Assembly: GCA_012295275.1 (NCBI GenBank)
Contig: CM022677.1
Span: 5,270,001 to 5,334,000, forward strand
Direction of reading: 5' to 3'
Length of the DNA stretch: 64,000 bases
From: Chrysomallon squamiferum
Lineage: Eukaryota > Animalia > Mollusca
Shown: positions 13,361-27,887 of the stretch, one piece after another
Position numbering within the stretch: position 1 is the stretch's first letter
Layout of the letters: each line of letters begins with the position of its first letter
Translations under genes and position numbers: made by a program
Notes under the pieces: model-generated
What the model saw: only the letters and a program-made list of their open reading frames with translations
Database searches by the model: none
Told to the model about the DNA's origin: nothing

Positions 13361-13706
13361 TATTTATTTATTTATTTATTTATTTGTTTGTTTGTTTGTT
13401 TGTTTGTTTGTTTGTTTGTTTGTTTGTTTGTGTGTTTGTTTGTTTGTTTGTTTGTTTGTGTGTTTGTTTGTTTGTTTGTTTGTTTATTTGTTTGTTTATT
13501 TGTTTGTTTGTTTATTTGTTTGTTTGTTTGTTTGTTTATTTATTTATCTGTTTGTTTGTTTGTTTGTTTATTTGTTTATATGCTTACTTGTTTCTTGTTA
13601 TTTATTTATTTATTTGTTTGTTTGTTTGTTTATTTATTTATTTATTTGTTTGTTTGTTTGTTTGTTTGTTTGCTTACTTGTTTCTTGTTATTTGTTTATT
13701 TATTTA
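13361..13706. repeat. (TTTG)n/(TTTA)n compound microsatellite
   Basis: Direct inspection. Confidence 0.97.
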
Positions 13707-13709
13707 CAG

Positions 13710-14587
13710 CTGGAGTCCCTGATGCCACATTTTAAAGATTTCCTGTTTCTGGCAGTGGACAAGTGTAAAATGGAAATAGCAAAGAACTGACCTCAGCAGA
13801 ACTCAGCTTTTTTACTTATTATTTGTTTTTAAATAATCTCTTATCTTACTGTTCATTGTAACATATAAATATTACTAACTGTATCTACTATACTACTACT
13901 AATACTACTACTACAGCTGCTACTGTGTTACTACAACTGCTACAAATGCGAGGCAGGTATTTGAGCCAGACAGCCTGTAAGAAGAGTGGTTTTGAATCAA
14001 CAGCATTGTCAACTACGATGTCAGTGGTGTCTAGTGCACAGAGTCTGGCCTCAATTATGATGGAGAACTGTCTGGTTTAGTGATGAGGCTTGATTTATGC
14101 TTCATTGAGATGATGGAAGATGTCGAGTTTACAGATATATTTTATTTAAGAACATACACAGAATGTTGTTTTTACTAGTTTTTAATATCTTAAAAGTAAC
14201 TAACTATACAGATATTGAAAAAGAAACCCTGTTTTTTTATGCAATGTGAAGTGACACCTTTTAAACAAGCAACTAAAAATATTTTTCTAATACAATGGTA
14301 CCTCGACTTACCAGGTAAAATATTTCCCAGCTGAATCTCAAATCCTAACTGTGAAACTTCTCATGTCAGTAAGCACACATATTTTGTAGAAAATTGTAAC
14401 AAATTTGCTTTTTAAAATATTTTTTAGCTTCCAGAAACTAAAAGTGAAATAAAACTGACAGAAAAAAACATCACCTGCCATTAAAAGAAAACTCAACATT
14501 CCAGAACATTCCAGCAGAGGTGGTTACTGATTCTGCTTTCAGTTTTATTATTAGTAGCAGTTACTATTATTATTATTGTTATTGTTA

Positions 14588-14642
<55 letters not shown>

Positions 14643-15426
14643 TTATTATTATTATTATTATTATTATTGTTATTGTTAATATTATTTTTATTATTATTAC
14701 TGTTGATTTTGGTAATCTTTAAACTCTTTTTCTTTATTCTTGACTAAATTGTCATTATTATTATTGTTCCTACAGCTGCAGCAGTAGCAGTGATGTTTCT
14801 AGTGCTAGTATTAACCATAATAGTGGTCTTACTAATAAGTAAATAGTATTTTAGTATATTTATGGTTATATGTGATTATTATAATAGCAGCTGTTATTGT
14901 TTTATTTTTGTCATAGTTAGTACTACTGTTGTTGCTGTTGATGTTGTTATTATTATAATTTCAGAACTGCAAAGTGCAAGAAAACTGCTGATAAGAAGTG
15001 ACAAGGTGAGATAAAATCACAAATAGCAATTCTTCCACTTCTCATATTATTAAACATTATAATAAATACTTTTGTGTTGTGTTCAGAGGTCTGATGATAA
15101 TTTTTTTTATTTCTTTTAGGTTCATCTTTGAATATTAATTTAGCAGAGACTAAAAGTGATATAAAACTGACAGAACAAACATCACCTGGATTCAAAAGAA
15201 AACTCAACATTTCAGATGATGACAACAGTTCTACATCAGCAGAGTTTGTTACTGATTCTGTTGTCAGTATTATTATTAGAACTAGTAATATAAGTAGTAA
15301 TAGTTAATAGCAGTTATAACACAAACATTTGCATATTATTTTAATATTGTTTTATAGTCGTTATTGTAATTATTATTATTCATATTCTTATTCTTATAGT
15401 TCTTCTTGTAATTATTTTTCTTCTTA

Positions 15427-15466
<40 letters not shown>

Positions 15467-16840
15467 GTCTTATTGTTATTATTATTATTATTACTATTAC
15501 TATTATTTATTATTATTATTAGTAGTAGTAGTAGTAGTAGCAATAGTAGTAGAAGTAGTGTCATTATTTATGCTTTTCTCATATTTTGTTTTTATCTTTT
15601 GCTTAATTCTATTTTGTCATTATTATTATGGTTGTTGTTCTTCTCAGGACTGTGGAGGAAGTACAGGAAGACTTGTGATGAGAAGAGAACTCTGGTGAAA
15701 GTGTGTGAAGTAAACTGATAATCTAAGACGAAGGTAGACAACTCTGAGCAAACAGCAACTGGTTGACATCCTCATCAGACTGGCTGATGAGAAAAAACAG
15801 TCTGAATCAGCTAAAAATATTATGTTTATATAATATTACTTATTTACTTACTTATTAATTTATTTTGTTTTATATAATATTACTTGTTTATTTATTAATT
15901 TATTTTGTTTTATATAATATTAGTTGTTTATTTACTTACTAATTTTTTATATTTTATATAATATTACTTGTTTACTTACTCATTAATTTATTTTGTTTTA
16001 TATAATATTACTTGTTTATTATTTGCATTATGTAATATTACTTGTTTATTAGTTGCATTATGTAATATTACTGGTTTGTTTACTTATAACTGTTTTATAT
16101 ACAATCTTATTTACTAATATAATTATCTACTTAAGTTTAGTTTATTTACTTATTTTATAAATTTATTTACTTTGATTAAAACATTTGTATGCATGTGGTT
16201 TAAATAATATAACAAGATTTTTCTTTTAATGTATTTTACTAAATATATTTTTACAAAATGTTATCTGAGACCTAGAGACATACATCAGTTGAAAACTGTG
16301 GCCTTTTTTTCATTAGACTTCAATGATTTTAATTGCCTTCTATTTCCGTTTGCAAGTATCTGAATGTAGGTAAATAAATAATTTAAAAATACAAGCATAC
16401 AAAGATTATCAGTAAATTTATTGTTTTAGGTTCCTACACGACTGATTGAAAATCTGGTTTTCTTTCACAAAAACATCTACAAAGCCAAGCCTAAAAGCTC
16501 ACATTAACAGTTTTACTTATGAATTATTTTGGTTAAACTTAAAGCATGAAACAAATTATTTAAATTATTTACATCATTATCAGTGTATAAAAATAAGGTA
16601 AAATGTTACAAGTTTATTGATATCATTATTGTTCTTTTATATACATGCATATATTATAATTTATTAACTGAGTGTTTCTTTGAATTGCAGCTGTTTTGTC
16701 TTAGACTGGCCCAGTGGTTGTTGTGAGGAGGATCACAGGAAGCCATTCACAGTTATGTAGAGTCAGCATTACAGGAAGCAGATCATCTTCCAGACTGTCA
16801 AATCTGAGCAAAGTTTGCCAGTCATCATCAAATTCACTAA
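13710..16840 (+). pseudogene. Scattered exon-like remnants of an unidentified gene
   Basis: GC-richer islands after polypyrimidine-AG at ~13710, 14429, 14965, 15120, 15649 and 16691, some ending in GT. 14437-14500 duplicates 15149-15211. No long open frame. Confidence 0.35.
15825..16085. repeat. AT-rich 30-44 bp minisatellite
   Basis: Repeated tatataatattacttgtttattt core. Confidence 0.85.
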
Positions 16841-16880
16841 GTTAATCTGTGCAACTGAATTTTCCAGATTTTAATGTGTG

Positions 16881-16912
<32 letters not shown>

Positions 16913-16947
16913 CTGTGTGTGTTTGTGTGTGTGTGTGTGTATATGTC

Positions 16948-17000
<53 letters not shown>

Positions 17001-17347
17001 AGGTATAAGTTAAAGAAACCATGTTATCTCACTCTTTTGAAGTAACAAACGGAAGGATAGAAAGATAGAATAATGGGGAATAAATGTGGGGAATAAATGT
17101 GGAAACAGTGTGGATTCAGGGATAAATGTGCAGAGATAGGGTAAAAGAGAAAGATACAAAGATGGTTTGATCAACAGATGGTGAAAAAGAGTTTGAGGGA
17201 CGGATCTATAGGAAGATAACAAGACAGACTGACAGACAGATAATTAGAAAAAGAAAGAGATAGTCAGGTGGGTAGCTAGCCAGGTGGGTAGATAGGTGAA
17301 TAGGTAGGATACAAGTCTGTTGAATGGGCAAACCAATAGAGAGACAA

Positions 17348-17406
<59 letters not shown>

Positions 17407-18407
17407 GGTATATGGATAAGTGAATACATTGATACAGATTTTCTGAATGGAAGGATGGATGGATTGATAACACACAGCTGTGTAGATAGATAAATCAGTA
17501 GAGACCATGTTATGTAATTCGACCATTTTGAAATAAAATGTTTGATTGTTGTTGATGTGAATGCTAAGCTGGTTTATTATTCCAAACTCAAAAAAAAAAA
17601 AAGATGTGTGGTTAAATTTTGAGCCAGTAGCATAAATCCTATCTTTGCATTAGTTTATCTCACACATTAATGATAGAGATTATTGGTAGCTGAGACTGGG
17701 GCAGGTATAAGCAGAGAGAGATATAGAAATATAGGGACATTGGATAGAGCTATAGGTATAGTGATAGAGACAGGTTTTAGAGAGATAGACAAGTGATTGA
17801 GATATAAGCAAAGAGAGACAGGAAAAATTATCAATATATAGATAGTGAAACAGAAAAAGTGATAACGTAGTGAGACAGACAAGTGATAAAAGTAGAGAGA
17901 GAGAGTCAGACATGCAATCGAGATAGAGAAACAGAGACAAGTGATAGAGATGATGGTATACTGACATACACATGATAGAGATAAAGGCATAGAAACAGAC
18001 AGAGATAAAGGTAGAGAGGTAGACAGGTGTTAGATATATAGACACCAGTGACAGAGATTTAGATAAAAAGAGAAAGCAATAAAGGGACAGAAACATGTAT
18101 TAGTTATTTAGGACAGAGACAAGTATTAGTGATGTAGGTAAAGAGAAGGAGACATACAGGTAGAAAGACAGATAAATGTAGAGAGGAAGGCAAGTGATAG
18201 AGATAATGGTAGAGAGATGTACAAGTACTAGACATGCTGGTAGAGAATCATAAACAAGCAATAGAGATATATGTAGACACAGAGACAAGTGTTAGAGATA
18301 TGGTAGAGAGCCAGAGAAGTTATCAAGTATACAACAGGAAGAGAGATATAATTATATAACTGATACGTGATTATCTCACAAACTGAGTTGATGGTTATGA
18401 GTTAATC

Positions 18408-18714
18408 CGTTGTATTTATTTACTTCACGCCTGGTAATATCACGTTACTGTACAGTATTTATTTACCTCAAACTGCTGATATCACGTTACTGTATAGAAT
18501 TTACTTACTTAATGTCTGGTAATATCTCGTTAGTATTCAGTATTTATTTACTTAATGTCTGGTAATATCTCATTAGTATTCAGTGTTTATTTACTTAATT
18601 TCTGTTATCTCGTTACTGTACAGTGTGTATTTACTTAATGTTTGCTATCACGTTATTGTTCAGTATTTATTTACTTATTGCTGCTAATATCTCGTTACTA
18701 TATTTATTTACTTA
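18408..18714. repeat. 42-bp minisatellite upstream of P4HA copy 1 (~7 units)
   Basis: Consensus aatatcacgttactgtacagtatttatttacttaatactgct. Confidence 0.92.
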
Positions 18715-19594
18715 GAGGAGTTTCTAGATACTTCACAGAAAAAAATCATCTATCATTTAGTCCTCTACAGAGAGAAAGAATGAAAAATAAAAAATATAAA
18801 GTGAAATGAAATAAGGTTTAACGATTTTGTATAAAAACATTTTGTGTCTATTAAAACTCATTTATTGAAACACATTCATAAAATAAATTTGGAAAAACTA
18901 AAACTAAAATGTGTAATAAAATAATAAAAAATAGAAATAAAATAAAATGTTTAAGATGGCGAGTTTACATATATATTAATAACTAGTGTCAGTTAAAACT
19001 GACGTGTAATTTGTATTTATTTGGAAGAAGAACCAGAGCTGCAGACAACCCTTCTAAATGTTCAAAACGTGAGAGGTGTCTACTAAATGACAGCTGTAAT
19101 GCACATTTCAATCTGTTTTTATTTTGTTCTTTTTTCTTTCTTGAGTTTTTTATTTATTTATTTTGTTTTTTTTCATTTTTTCTATGTTACTTTATTCTGA
19201 CATTATGAAATTATTAATATAATTTCCATCATATAGACAGACAGACAAATATAAAAATATATAATCAAAGGATAACAGAAACATAATACACCAAAAGTTT
19301 TTCTCTCACACACAAACACACACATTCACACACATAAATATATAAACACACACACATATAAACTAAAAGACAAAAACAAATGTACAACAAATAAGAAAAA
19401 ATAAAAATAATAACATAAATAAAATAAACAAATAAAATGAGATAGAAATTAAAGATAAAATAATGAAACGTGTCATTTTATCACTCCCCCATCATAATAA
19501 CCTGCGTATTTTAAACTGATATATATTTAGAATTATATCATCATAACTCTATTTTTATACCAAATATTCATATCACTAGTAGACACCTTCAAGT

Positions 19595-21118
19595 ATGTAT
19601 CAGCAGTACATTATTTTAGTTTTGCTTTTATCAGCTGTGAATTCAGAACTGTTTACGTCCCTGCATCACATCTGAACAGCTCTGTACTAGCAGGAAGAGA
19701 CTTGGCAAAAGCATTAAGAAATTTCAGTCATGTTCATGAACAAGGAAATAAATGGGAAAAGTTGAAAACAATTTCAGATCAAATGGAACAGCACTGTTCG
19801 ATAGCACTAAAATACCCAAATCGTTACATAGCCAACCCGATTGGTGCATTTTTATATATTAAACGTTTTACTTTGGACTGAGAACGAGATGTTCAGCCAA
19901 TTCTTCACGAAAGTATTACGTCCCAGACAGAGCTGACTGAACTAAAAGAAATTCGTGAACATCTTCCAAGTTAGGAAGACTTAGAAGGGGTCGCTGCAGC
20001 TGTGTTTCGACTTCACGACACGTACAAAATAAATGCGATAAGATTAGCAGACGGTTTTATATATGAACGATATATACAGAGATTATCAGCAGAAGACTGT
20101 TATCAATTAGGTCGCCTCGCATACAAAATGAAAAAATACAAATATGTGCATATCTGGATGGAGACAAGTCTCGAGAAACAAAGAACGGAAACAATTCAGA
20201 ACTTATCTCGGATAGAATTTCATGACTATGAAATACTCGGTAGAGAATTAGAGGGACAGATAGAACACGTTTTAAATTTGACAAATGAACAGTTAATGTT
20301 AGCTCCTGAACTAGAACGTGCTCCGAAAAGAAGGAAAAAGTATTCAAGTATATCAAAACTTAGGAAAGAAAAGAGAAAAGAAAATGCCAGAGTTAAAGAA
20401 AAAAAATGTCGATGCTCTCTGTCGTGGTGAAGACTTTATTAAAGTACGACAGCGACATCGTCTGAAATGTCGCTACCATTACAACAACAAAAATCCGCTT
20501 CTAATTCTTAAGCCTGCTAAAGAAGAGATTCTGCATTTCTCACCGAAAATTGTTCTCTATCATGATTTTATCAGTGATGCTGCAATTGAAGAAATTAAAA
20601 CAGTTTCTATGCCACTTTTAAAAACATCTGAAATCAATCAGTATGGAAACATTTTCAAATCTGAGATAAGAATGAGCAAAAATACATTTCTAGGAAGAGC
20701 TTTCACAGAAGCAGACAAGAGAATTCAGAGGAGAATTGAAGCAATCACAGGTCTTTCAATGAAAGCTTCAGAACCACTTCAGGTGGCAAACTATGGAATA
20801 GGCGGACAGTTCACGGCTCATACTGACTATTTCAACATAGCATATTCTTCCGGTGAAAACAGAATTGCTACGTGGTTAAACTATTTGAGTGATGTAGAAG
20901 GAGGTGCAACAGTGTTTCCTTATCTTGGTGTAAGAATACAACCTAAAGCAGGTGCAGCTATATTTTGGTATAATTTATATCGGAATGGTTCACCTAACAA
21001 AATGACAATTCACGGGGCTTGTCCTGTTCTTATTGGCTCTTAATGGGTATCAACTTTCTGGATTCTAAAAAAAGGGCAAGTTTTCAAGCGACCATGTTCC
21101 ACAAATCCAGAAGAATAA
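19595..21118 (+). pseudogene. P4HA: Full-length intronless prolyl 4-hydroxylase alpha subunit pseudogene, copy 1
   Basis: ATG 19595 with signal peptide MYQQYIILVLLLSAVNS-ELFTS; motifs FRLHDTY, LSAEDCYQLG, ALCRGE, LQVANYGIGG, HTD, NRIATW, HGACPVLIG, FKRPC; natural stop 21116-21118. Premature stops at 19673, 19879, 19972 and 21041; frameshifts at ~19688 and ~20400. AATAAA and an A-rich tract follow. Confidence 0.95.
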
Positions 21119-21846
21119 ATGAAATACGATGCAGCTTTTAATGTAAGCAGATGCTAGAAAGAGGTTTCTTTGTTGTTTGTGAAAAAAAAAGAAAAAGAAA
21201 TACAAATATATTTAAAGTATTTCTTATTGCATGTTATTGATTTTTTTGATTTTTATTGTGCTTTGTTGTATCTGTTTTTCATCTCTTCTTTCTTTCTTGC
21301 TCAGTTCCGCAGTCTTCTTGTCGCATGAGTTCCTTGCAAACGCTACACTGTCTTAGGTAAAAGATACAACGACAAACCGATATAAACATGCTTGCTGCAT
21401 TGTAACAGCTGTTATAGTAGCTAAATTCTCTGTTCTTGAGATGAAAATTAAAGATCGTTTTAACTGTAAATATTTAACTTTAAATATTTTTAATGGTGTT
21501 TAATTAATTAATCAATTAATTCATCAAAAAATTTAAAAAATTAAAATAATCAAAGATGTTGTAGGTGAATATTTATAATATTATTATTATTTTTAAATTG
21601 TTCTTTTTCATAGGTCTCTATGTTTAACCTCAAGTAATTCGTGTTTTTAGTTTTAGTGAAACATCTCAGCATTATTTCAACAAAGAGGGAAACGTCAAAC
21701 CAGAATACACGTGTTTGATCAAAGTAATAAATTTACCAGTGGCTACTCGTTTCAGCCAAACGTCAACAAGTCTGTTTTGATATGTACACCAAATTCTTAT
21801 TATCAATAGTCAGTAATGGTTTACACTGCTTATAATAACTTAAATC

Positions 21847-21894
<48 letters not shown>

Positions 21895-21971
21895 ATATAT
21901 ACACATATTAGCAGTTCATTGTAGATGTAAATTGTCATCAAGTATCTGTTGTATACTTATATTAGAAACTG

Positions 21972-22047
<76 letters not shown>

Positions 22048-22332
22048 AAGACGGCTCATTACTTATTATTTCACTGAGGTAAAATAAAAATACATTCGTA
22101 TAAAATAGACTTCTTAAGTAATAAATGTATAGTTTTACTTAATGAAAATGTATAAAATTCACCACATTGATGCGATTCAGTATATTGCTATTTCATGTTT
22201 TATTTTATAGAATTAGCATAAATGTAAGTACTCGCTGTACATTGCGTAAATTATCCTCCAATATTTCACATGGCCGGTTTGTTGTACGAATATAAAACTG
22301 TATTTATTACGTCATGAATACATGAAATTATC

Positions 22333-22440
<108 letters not shown>

Positions 22441-22521
22441 TTAACTGTATATAGTGGACTCTATTATTAACAAAAACTAATCTAATCAAGATGAATCCGG
22501 GTGTAAATTTCAGAACAACAG

Positions 22522-22728
22522 AAAAGTTTATATAGTAATTACATTGTTAACAACGGCACGCAGTTTTCTAAGTATTATCATTTGTTAAAGAAAATTTTAT
22601 ATAGTAATTACATTGTTAACAACGACTCGCAGTTTTCTAAGTATTATCATTTGTTAAAGAAAAGTTTATATAGTAATTACATTGTTAACAACGGCACGCA
22701 GTTTTCTAAGTATCATCATTTGTTAAAT
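22522..22728. repeat. 69-bp tandem triplication
   Basis: Three units; a single unit in the paralogue at ~52519-52578. Confidence 0.92.
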
Positions 22729-23509
22729 GACGGCAGTTTGAATACAATCAGACTGCCGAGTGAGATGAACTGATCGCGCTTCTTTGAAGGGTTAACAGTG
22801 ATACTAAACGTCTTGTAATTAGTACGTGCAGCTAGATGAACAATACTATTGTTAGTTTTCACGTTTTTCCATTGTGTAAACAGAAAGATTTAGATACGTA
22901 GTGACTATTATATGCAACTGTAGGAAACCAGAGAGAAAACGAATTAAAAAGTCTGAATGGACTGAAGATAAAAACAAACTTTCGAACCACTGATTATCTT
23001 AAAATGAGAACAAAATTAAGTCTTTTGCTGCTGTTATCGAAATCAGCTTTTGCAATTAATGTTAAACTTGGAGGCCACGACAGAGAAATTTGAAAAGAAA
23101 TATGAAAACAACAACTACAAAAAAATAAACAGTCATCAGTGACAGACTATTTTTTTCGCTGACAGTTAACCTTTAACGTTTGTTAATATTCCAGTTTTGT
23201 ATTATTTTAATCTTTATGAATCTGTGTTTGTTTTTTATTATTTATATTTTAGTTATTTATCACATATTAATAGACACGGCATATACGACGTTTCGTTATC
23301 AGCGATTTTCTGTGGTGCGCAATGACGTACACCGAGAACCCCACAAACAGTGAAAGAAACAAACTGTAGCTGAAGGGAGATTACTCATATAATAATAAAA
23401 CAAATTGGGGGGGGGGGATTCCTGCTGTTATTTGCGGTATTTGTTATTTATGAATTTTGCAGATAAATGTAGATTCTAAGAATCACGAAGAGTTGATTTC
23501 TTTATATAT

Positions 23510-23556
<47 letters not shown>

Positions 23557-26500
23557 TAATAGTAGAATATTTCTTTCTTGAAATGACTGTTGGTTTTGTT
23601 TTTTTTCTAATTTAGCTTGTCAAATGTTTTGTCAAATGTTTCGTCTGCTTTATGGAAAGTTTTCAAGGGCAGATAATCGAAAATGAATTATTAAACAATA
23701 CGATGCAGAATCTTGTCACAAGACTCGAGTTTATTTGTTTTGAGTAATTTATCTGACTTTTTATTGATCAATCAACAGAGTAATCAGTCATATTTTGCTT
23801 TTCATTTAATTTATTATTTAATTATATTTATCAGGTATATGACAGTATTTTGAAAAACGTAATTTTCCTTCATGATCTGTGGAAAATCTGTTTTCATTTC
23901 AGTTATTTAGCAAACAGAACACTGAATATCTCATACAGTTTCAAACCAGCATACACGTGTTTTATATCAAAATGACGACTTCTAAAGCTCAACAGTAGTT
24001 TTAAGCATGATGCAGAAATTAACAAATTTTAATTAATTGCACTAAATCGCTCAGCTGTACCTTACAGTTTGATTATTAATTTCCCAATTTAAATAACTGG
24101 TAAATTCATTTATTTGTATAAAATTTGGCAGAATATAAAGGAAACTATAAACTTGTCTGTCAGTTCTCCATTGTTTATCAAAGAAACGAATATTTTTCTT
24201 TTTTCTGTTTTTAGGAGATCTCACTGTGTTGAAGACATAAGTCAACATGACAGATTTGAGTTGTATCCTGTTTTAGTTCACGTTGTATCTTATACATCAG
24301 TCAAACAATGTGGAAATATTCAAATTTTACGAACATATTTTTTTTTATTCTTCACTAAAGGAGATGATTGCTGCTTGTTTTCTCAGTCATGATGCTGTTC
24401 AGAGAATCCATTGTTACTTTAAATTCAAACTCTAAAACTATGTAATATTTATATATATATATTTAATAATGGATAACAGCTGAAGGCTTTTAGTTTCAAG
24501 ATTTATATCTGATTATCTACAAAAGTTCCGACATCGTTTATTTTTTCTGTATAAGATGGCTGCCATCATGTGGCAATTCTGTGTAAGATTCTTCGAACAT
24601 CAAACAAAACAGTAAATCCCTAAACATCGGCAGTCATCCCGCAACAACAAAACAAATAAAATAAATGAAGGAACACAATAACCTTTATTAAAATATACTG
24701 TACTAATTATAAGCCGATGTGGTTCTTTTTATTTTTTTTTTATTTTTTTATTTTTTATTTTATTATTAGCCAACCAGAAATTCGTAAAGACCGTAAATCA
24801 TCGCGCATTTTTCCGCAACTACTATACTAAAACAAACAAAATAATACAAATAAAAAAGAGTTCAACACAAATAAAATAAATTAATTCTAAAAGCAAGGAT
24901 TCATTTTGATATTATCACCGAAAAATATAGGAGGAAAATGTATATACGCAATCTGTATGTTTATGTGTGTGTGTGTGTGTGTGTGCGTGCGTGTCCATAT
25001 GTATCTGTATAAAAATGAAAAAATGATCCTATTTAAATTTATTTTGTGAATATGAATGTGTAAGTAAAGTGCCTTTTGTAAACTCTGAATGTGAAAAAGG
25101 ACTCAATATTTTATTGAAATGTACGCAAACTAATAAAAACGTGATCCTTATATCAATTCAGATCTTTTGTTTTATGATTTACAGTCAGCGATCAAGTCGG
25201 TTAAGAGAATTTACATTATCCTCACTTGAAGAAATCACAGTTGTTTTCACACGAGTGTTTACAATAATCATGTTCTATGAAAAAGGATATATTTTCAGAG
25301 ATAGGTTTGATGCTGAAGTGTGCACTTGTTTAACCAACACAGCATTTTTCTGAGACTACCGAGTTCAAGATTAATAAAGTGAAATGAAAATTATAACCAA
25401 CATTCACAGATTTCTTCGTTGGAAGATTTAGATTACTGTTACAGAAATGTGTTCAAAATTTTTGGTTGAGATGTTTATTGCATTCGTAACAGTTCATTCA
25501 AGTTTATCTTAAAAATGCATTAATAATGAAAAACAAGGCAACAACAGAAAATGAAAAAAATTATATTTATTTGAATAAATATCAACATTGGTAATTATAA
25601 CTTAAACAACAAGTGTAAGTTAAATAGATATTTCTCTATACAGAAGACAGCAAGTACAGATCTAGGGTGTGGTGTGTTAACATATTTGCGTGATGTGAAA
25701 ATATTACAAATGTTCTCTTGCTCCTCTACCATATAACACTTTCCAGTTATTTTTTTCTAACACACACTGCCTGAAATAAAAAATAAACAGTTACCAAGTA
25801 AAATTTCTCAAACAGATTGTCATAGAATTTTATGGTATTTTAAAAGAATGAGAAAGAGAGACAAAGCGAGAAAGCTATAATGAGAGAGAGAGAAAAAAGT
25901 AAGGAAGATGATGACAGAAAGATAGAAAAAAAAACAAGTGAAACAGAAAAAATACAAAAAACCCAACGACATTCAACAAAATAAAATAAACTATAAGTGA
26001 AATATTGAACACACACACACACACACAAATGTATGCACACATTTTTAACAGTGCTCTTATGGTTAATCTTTAAACTAATAGGCTCAGAAATCAAATCCTG
26101 GCCTTAAATAAATGATAACTGTGATTATCAAAAACACTTCTTATTAAAAACACTTCAATGAAAACAACAAAGATAAAGATCACTGAAAACAAAAATCTAA
26201 TAAAAATATGATTTCCTTTATAAACTTTGGTCTGAGTATTTTATCAGCACATAAATATCAGTATCAGTCTGTGTGAATTAACAGAATATTTTATCATGTT
26301 ATTCTGTGAATCAGAAAATGTTGATTAGTGTATTTAAAACATCATACAAACACGATGGTAGAAAGTATTATTTTCTATATCAGAACACTGGATAGAGGCA
26401 ACAATCATCAGTTAAGTTTTATGGTTGAAATTATCATTCTTTGTATCAGAACATTTTCTATAGAGCATTTTTAAAATCATTTTCTATGAAGTAGAATTGA

Positions 26501-27024
26501 CATTCATTCATTCATTCATTCTAAACATTCATTCCTTCATTCATATAATTTGTAAAAACAATGGTTATCAAAAATTTCACAGTTATTTAAAGATAAGCTT
26601 TCATCCCTGTCCATTTCACAAAAAGAACTGACATAATTTTATGAGCACATGATACCAATACACATAATTACAAATGAAAGAATATCTTTTATTAACATTT
26701 AATTTTTTTTATCTGTTACCATTATATTTTTGTTTTTTTTGTTTTTATTTTTGTTTTTGTTATATGTGAGCCTTTCAGTGTGCATCAAGGCAAAAACCAA
26801 CTACTTTGTTTAAACCTAGGAATCATAATTATACGTATACACTTTATGAACAGTGAAAGACAATGAAAAAAAGGAAGAAAGTGAAAGAGAAAATCAGAGA
26901 TAGTGAGAGAGAAATAAAAAAGTCTAGATAGGTAGGTTGATGATGTAGACCAACAGACAGAGAGACATACAGCTTAGTGTAGACATACACTGGTAAGTAG
27001 ATATATAGTTAAGACTAGGCAGAT

Positions 27025-27088
<64 letters not shown>

Positions 27089-27278
27089 CACACATAAAGA
27101 GCGAGAGACTGACAGATTGAGAGTAGAAGGTAAACCAAATGACATTTATATATAATAAATCATATATTGATGATTTAAATGGAATAAATGGAATTCTCTT
27201 AAATGGAGATGAAGATATGGAGATGAACATTCTGAATTGTCAAGTGGGAAAGACAAGATATAAATATTCATAAATAAG

Positions 27279-27496
27279 GAGAATGTGATGTTTGTTATTA
27301 CAGATAGATACATAGAGAATGTGATGTTTATTATTACAGATAGATACATAGAGAATGTGATGTTTATTATTACAGATAAATACATAGAGAATGTGATGTT
27401 TATTATTACAGATAGATATATAGAGAATGTGATGTTTGTTATTACAGATAGATACATAGAGAATGTGATGTTTATTATTACAGATAGATACATAGA
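27279..27496. repeat. 36-bp minisatellite, 6 units
   Basis: gagaatgtgatgtttattattacagatagatacata. Confidence 0.95.
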
Positions 27497-27887
27497 AAGA
27501 TAGGCAGATAGCTGTGAACTGTTATTACTACACTACTACATACTATATAATCACTCACCATGACCTTTCAACAAGGCTACAGTGTCAGAAGTTGACTGTT
27601 TCCTTTAAGACAACTTTCAATAAATAAGAACCATATAGATGTTAAAATAAAAAATAACTGTAACTGTTTACCAAGATGTCCTCCAAGTGCTGTCAGTTTA
27701 ATCAGGAAGATGTCTGCAAATGAAGGGAGACAATTACAAGATGATTCAATTTTCTCCCCTGACTTCTTGACAGCAAGATCTTAAGTTTATATAAATAATT
27801 TAAAAAGAAAACAACATAACAACAGCATTAACAATAATAAAACCTTTTATTTAGTATTCCTTCTTTTTTCTTATTGTTACCATTGGA

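Noticed and set aside
13293-13790. Long hydrophobic ORFs (also 1304-1765, 14520-14747, 15329-15718, 27146-27503, 40708-41205)
   Set aside because: Translations of microsatellites or minisatellites.
20394-20410. Programmed -1 frameshift at the A-run (A AAA AAA; A AAA AAC in copy 3)
   Set aside because: Copy 2 is in frame here and both shifted copies carry other lesions; a homopolymer indel is simpler.
20318-21043. 241-aa ORF as a functional stand-alone P4H catalytic domain
   Set aside because: The start lies in the wrong-frame region before a frameshift, there is no signal peptide, and it stops at the essential Lys codon.
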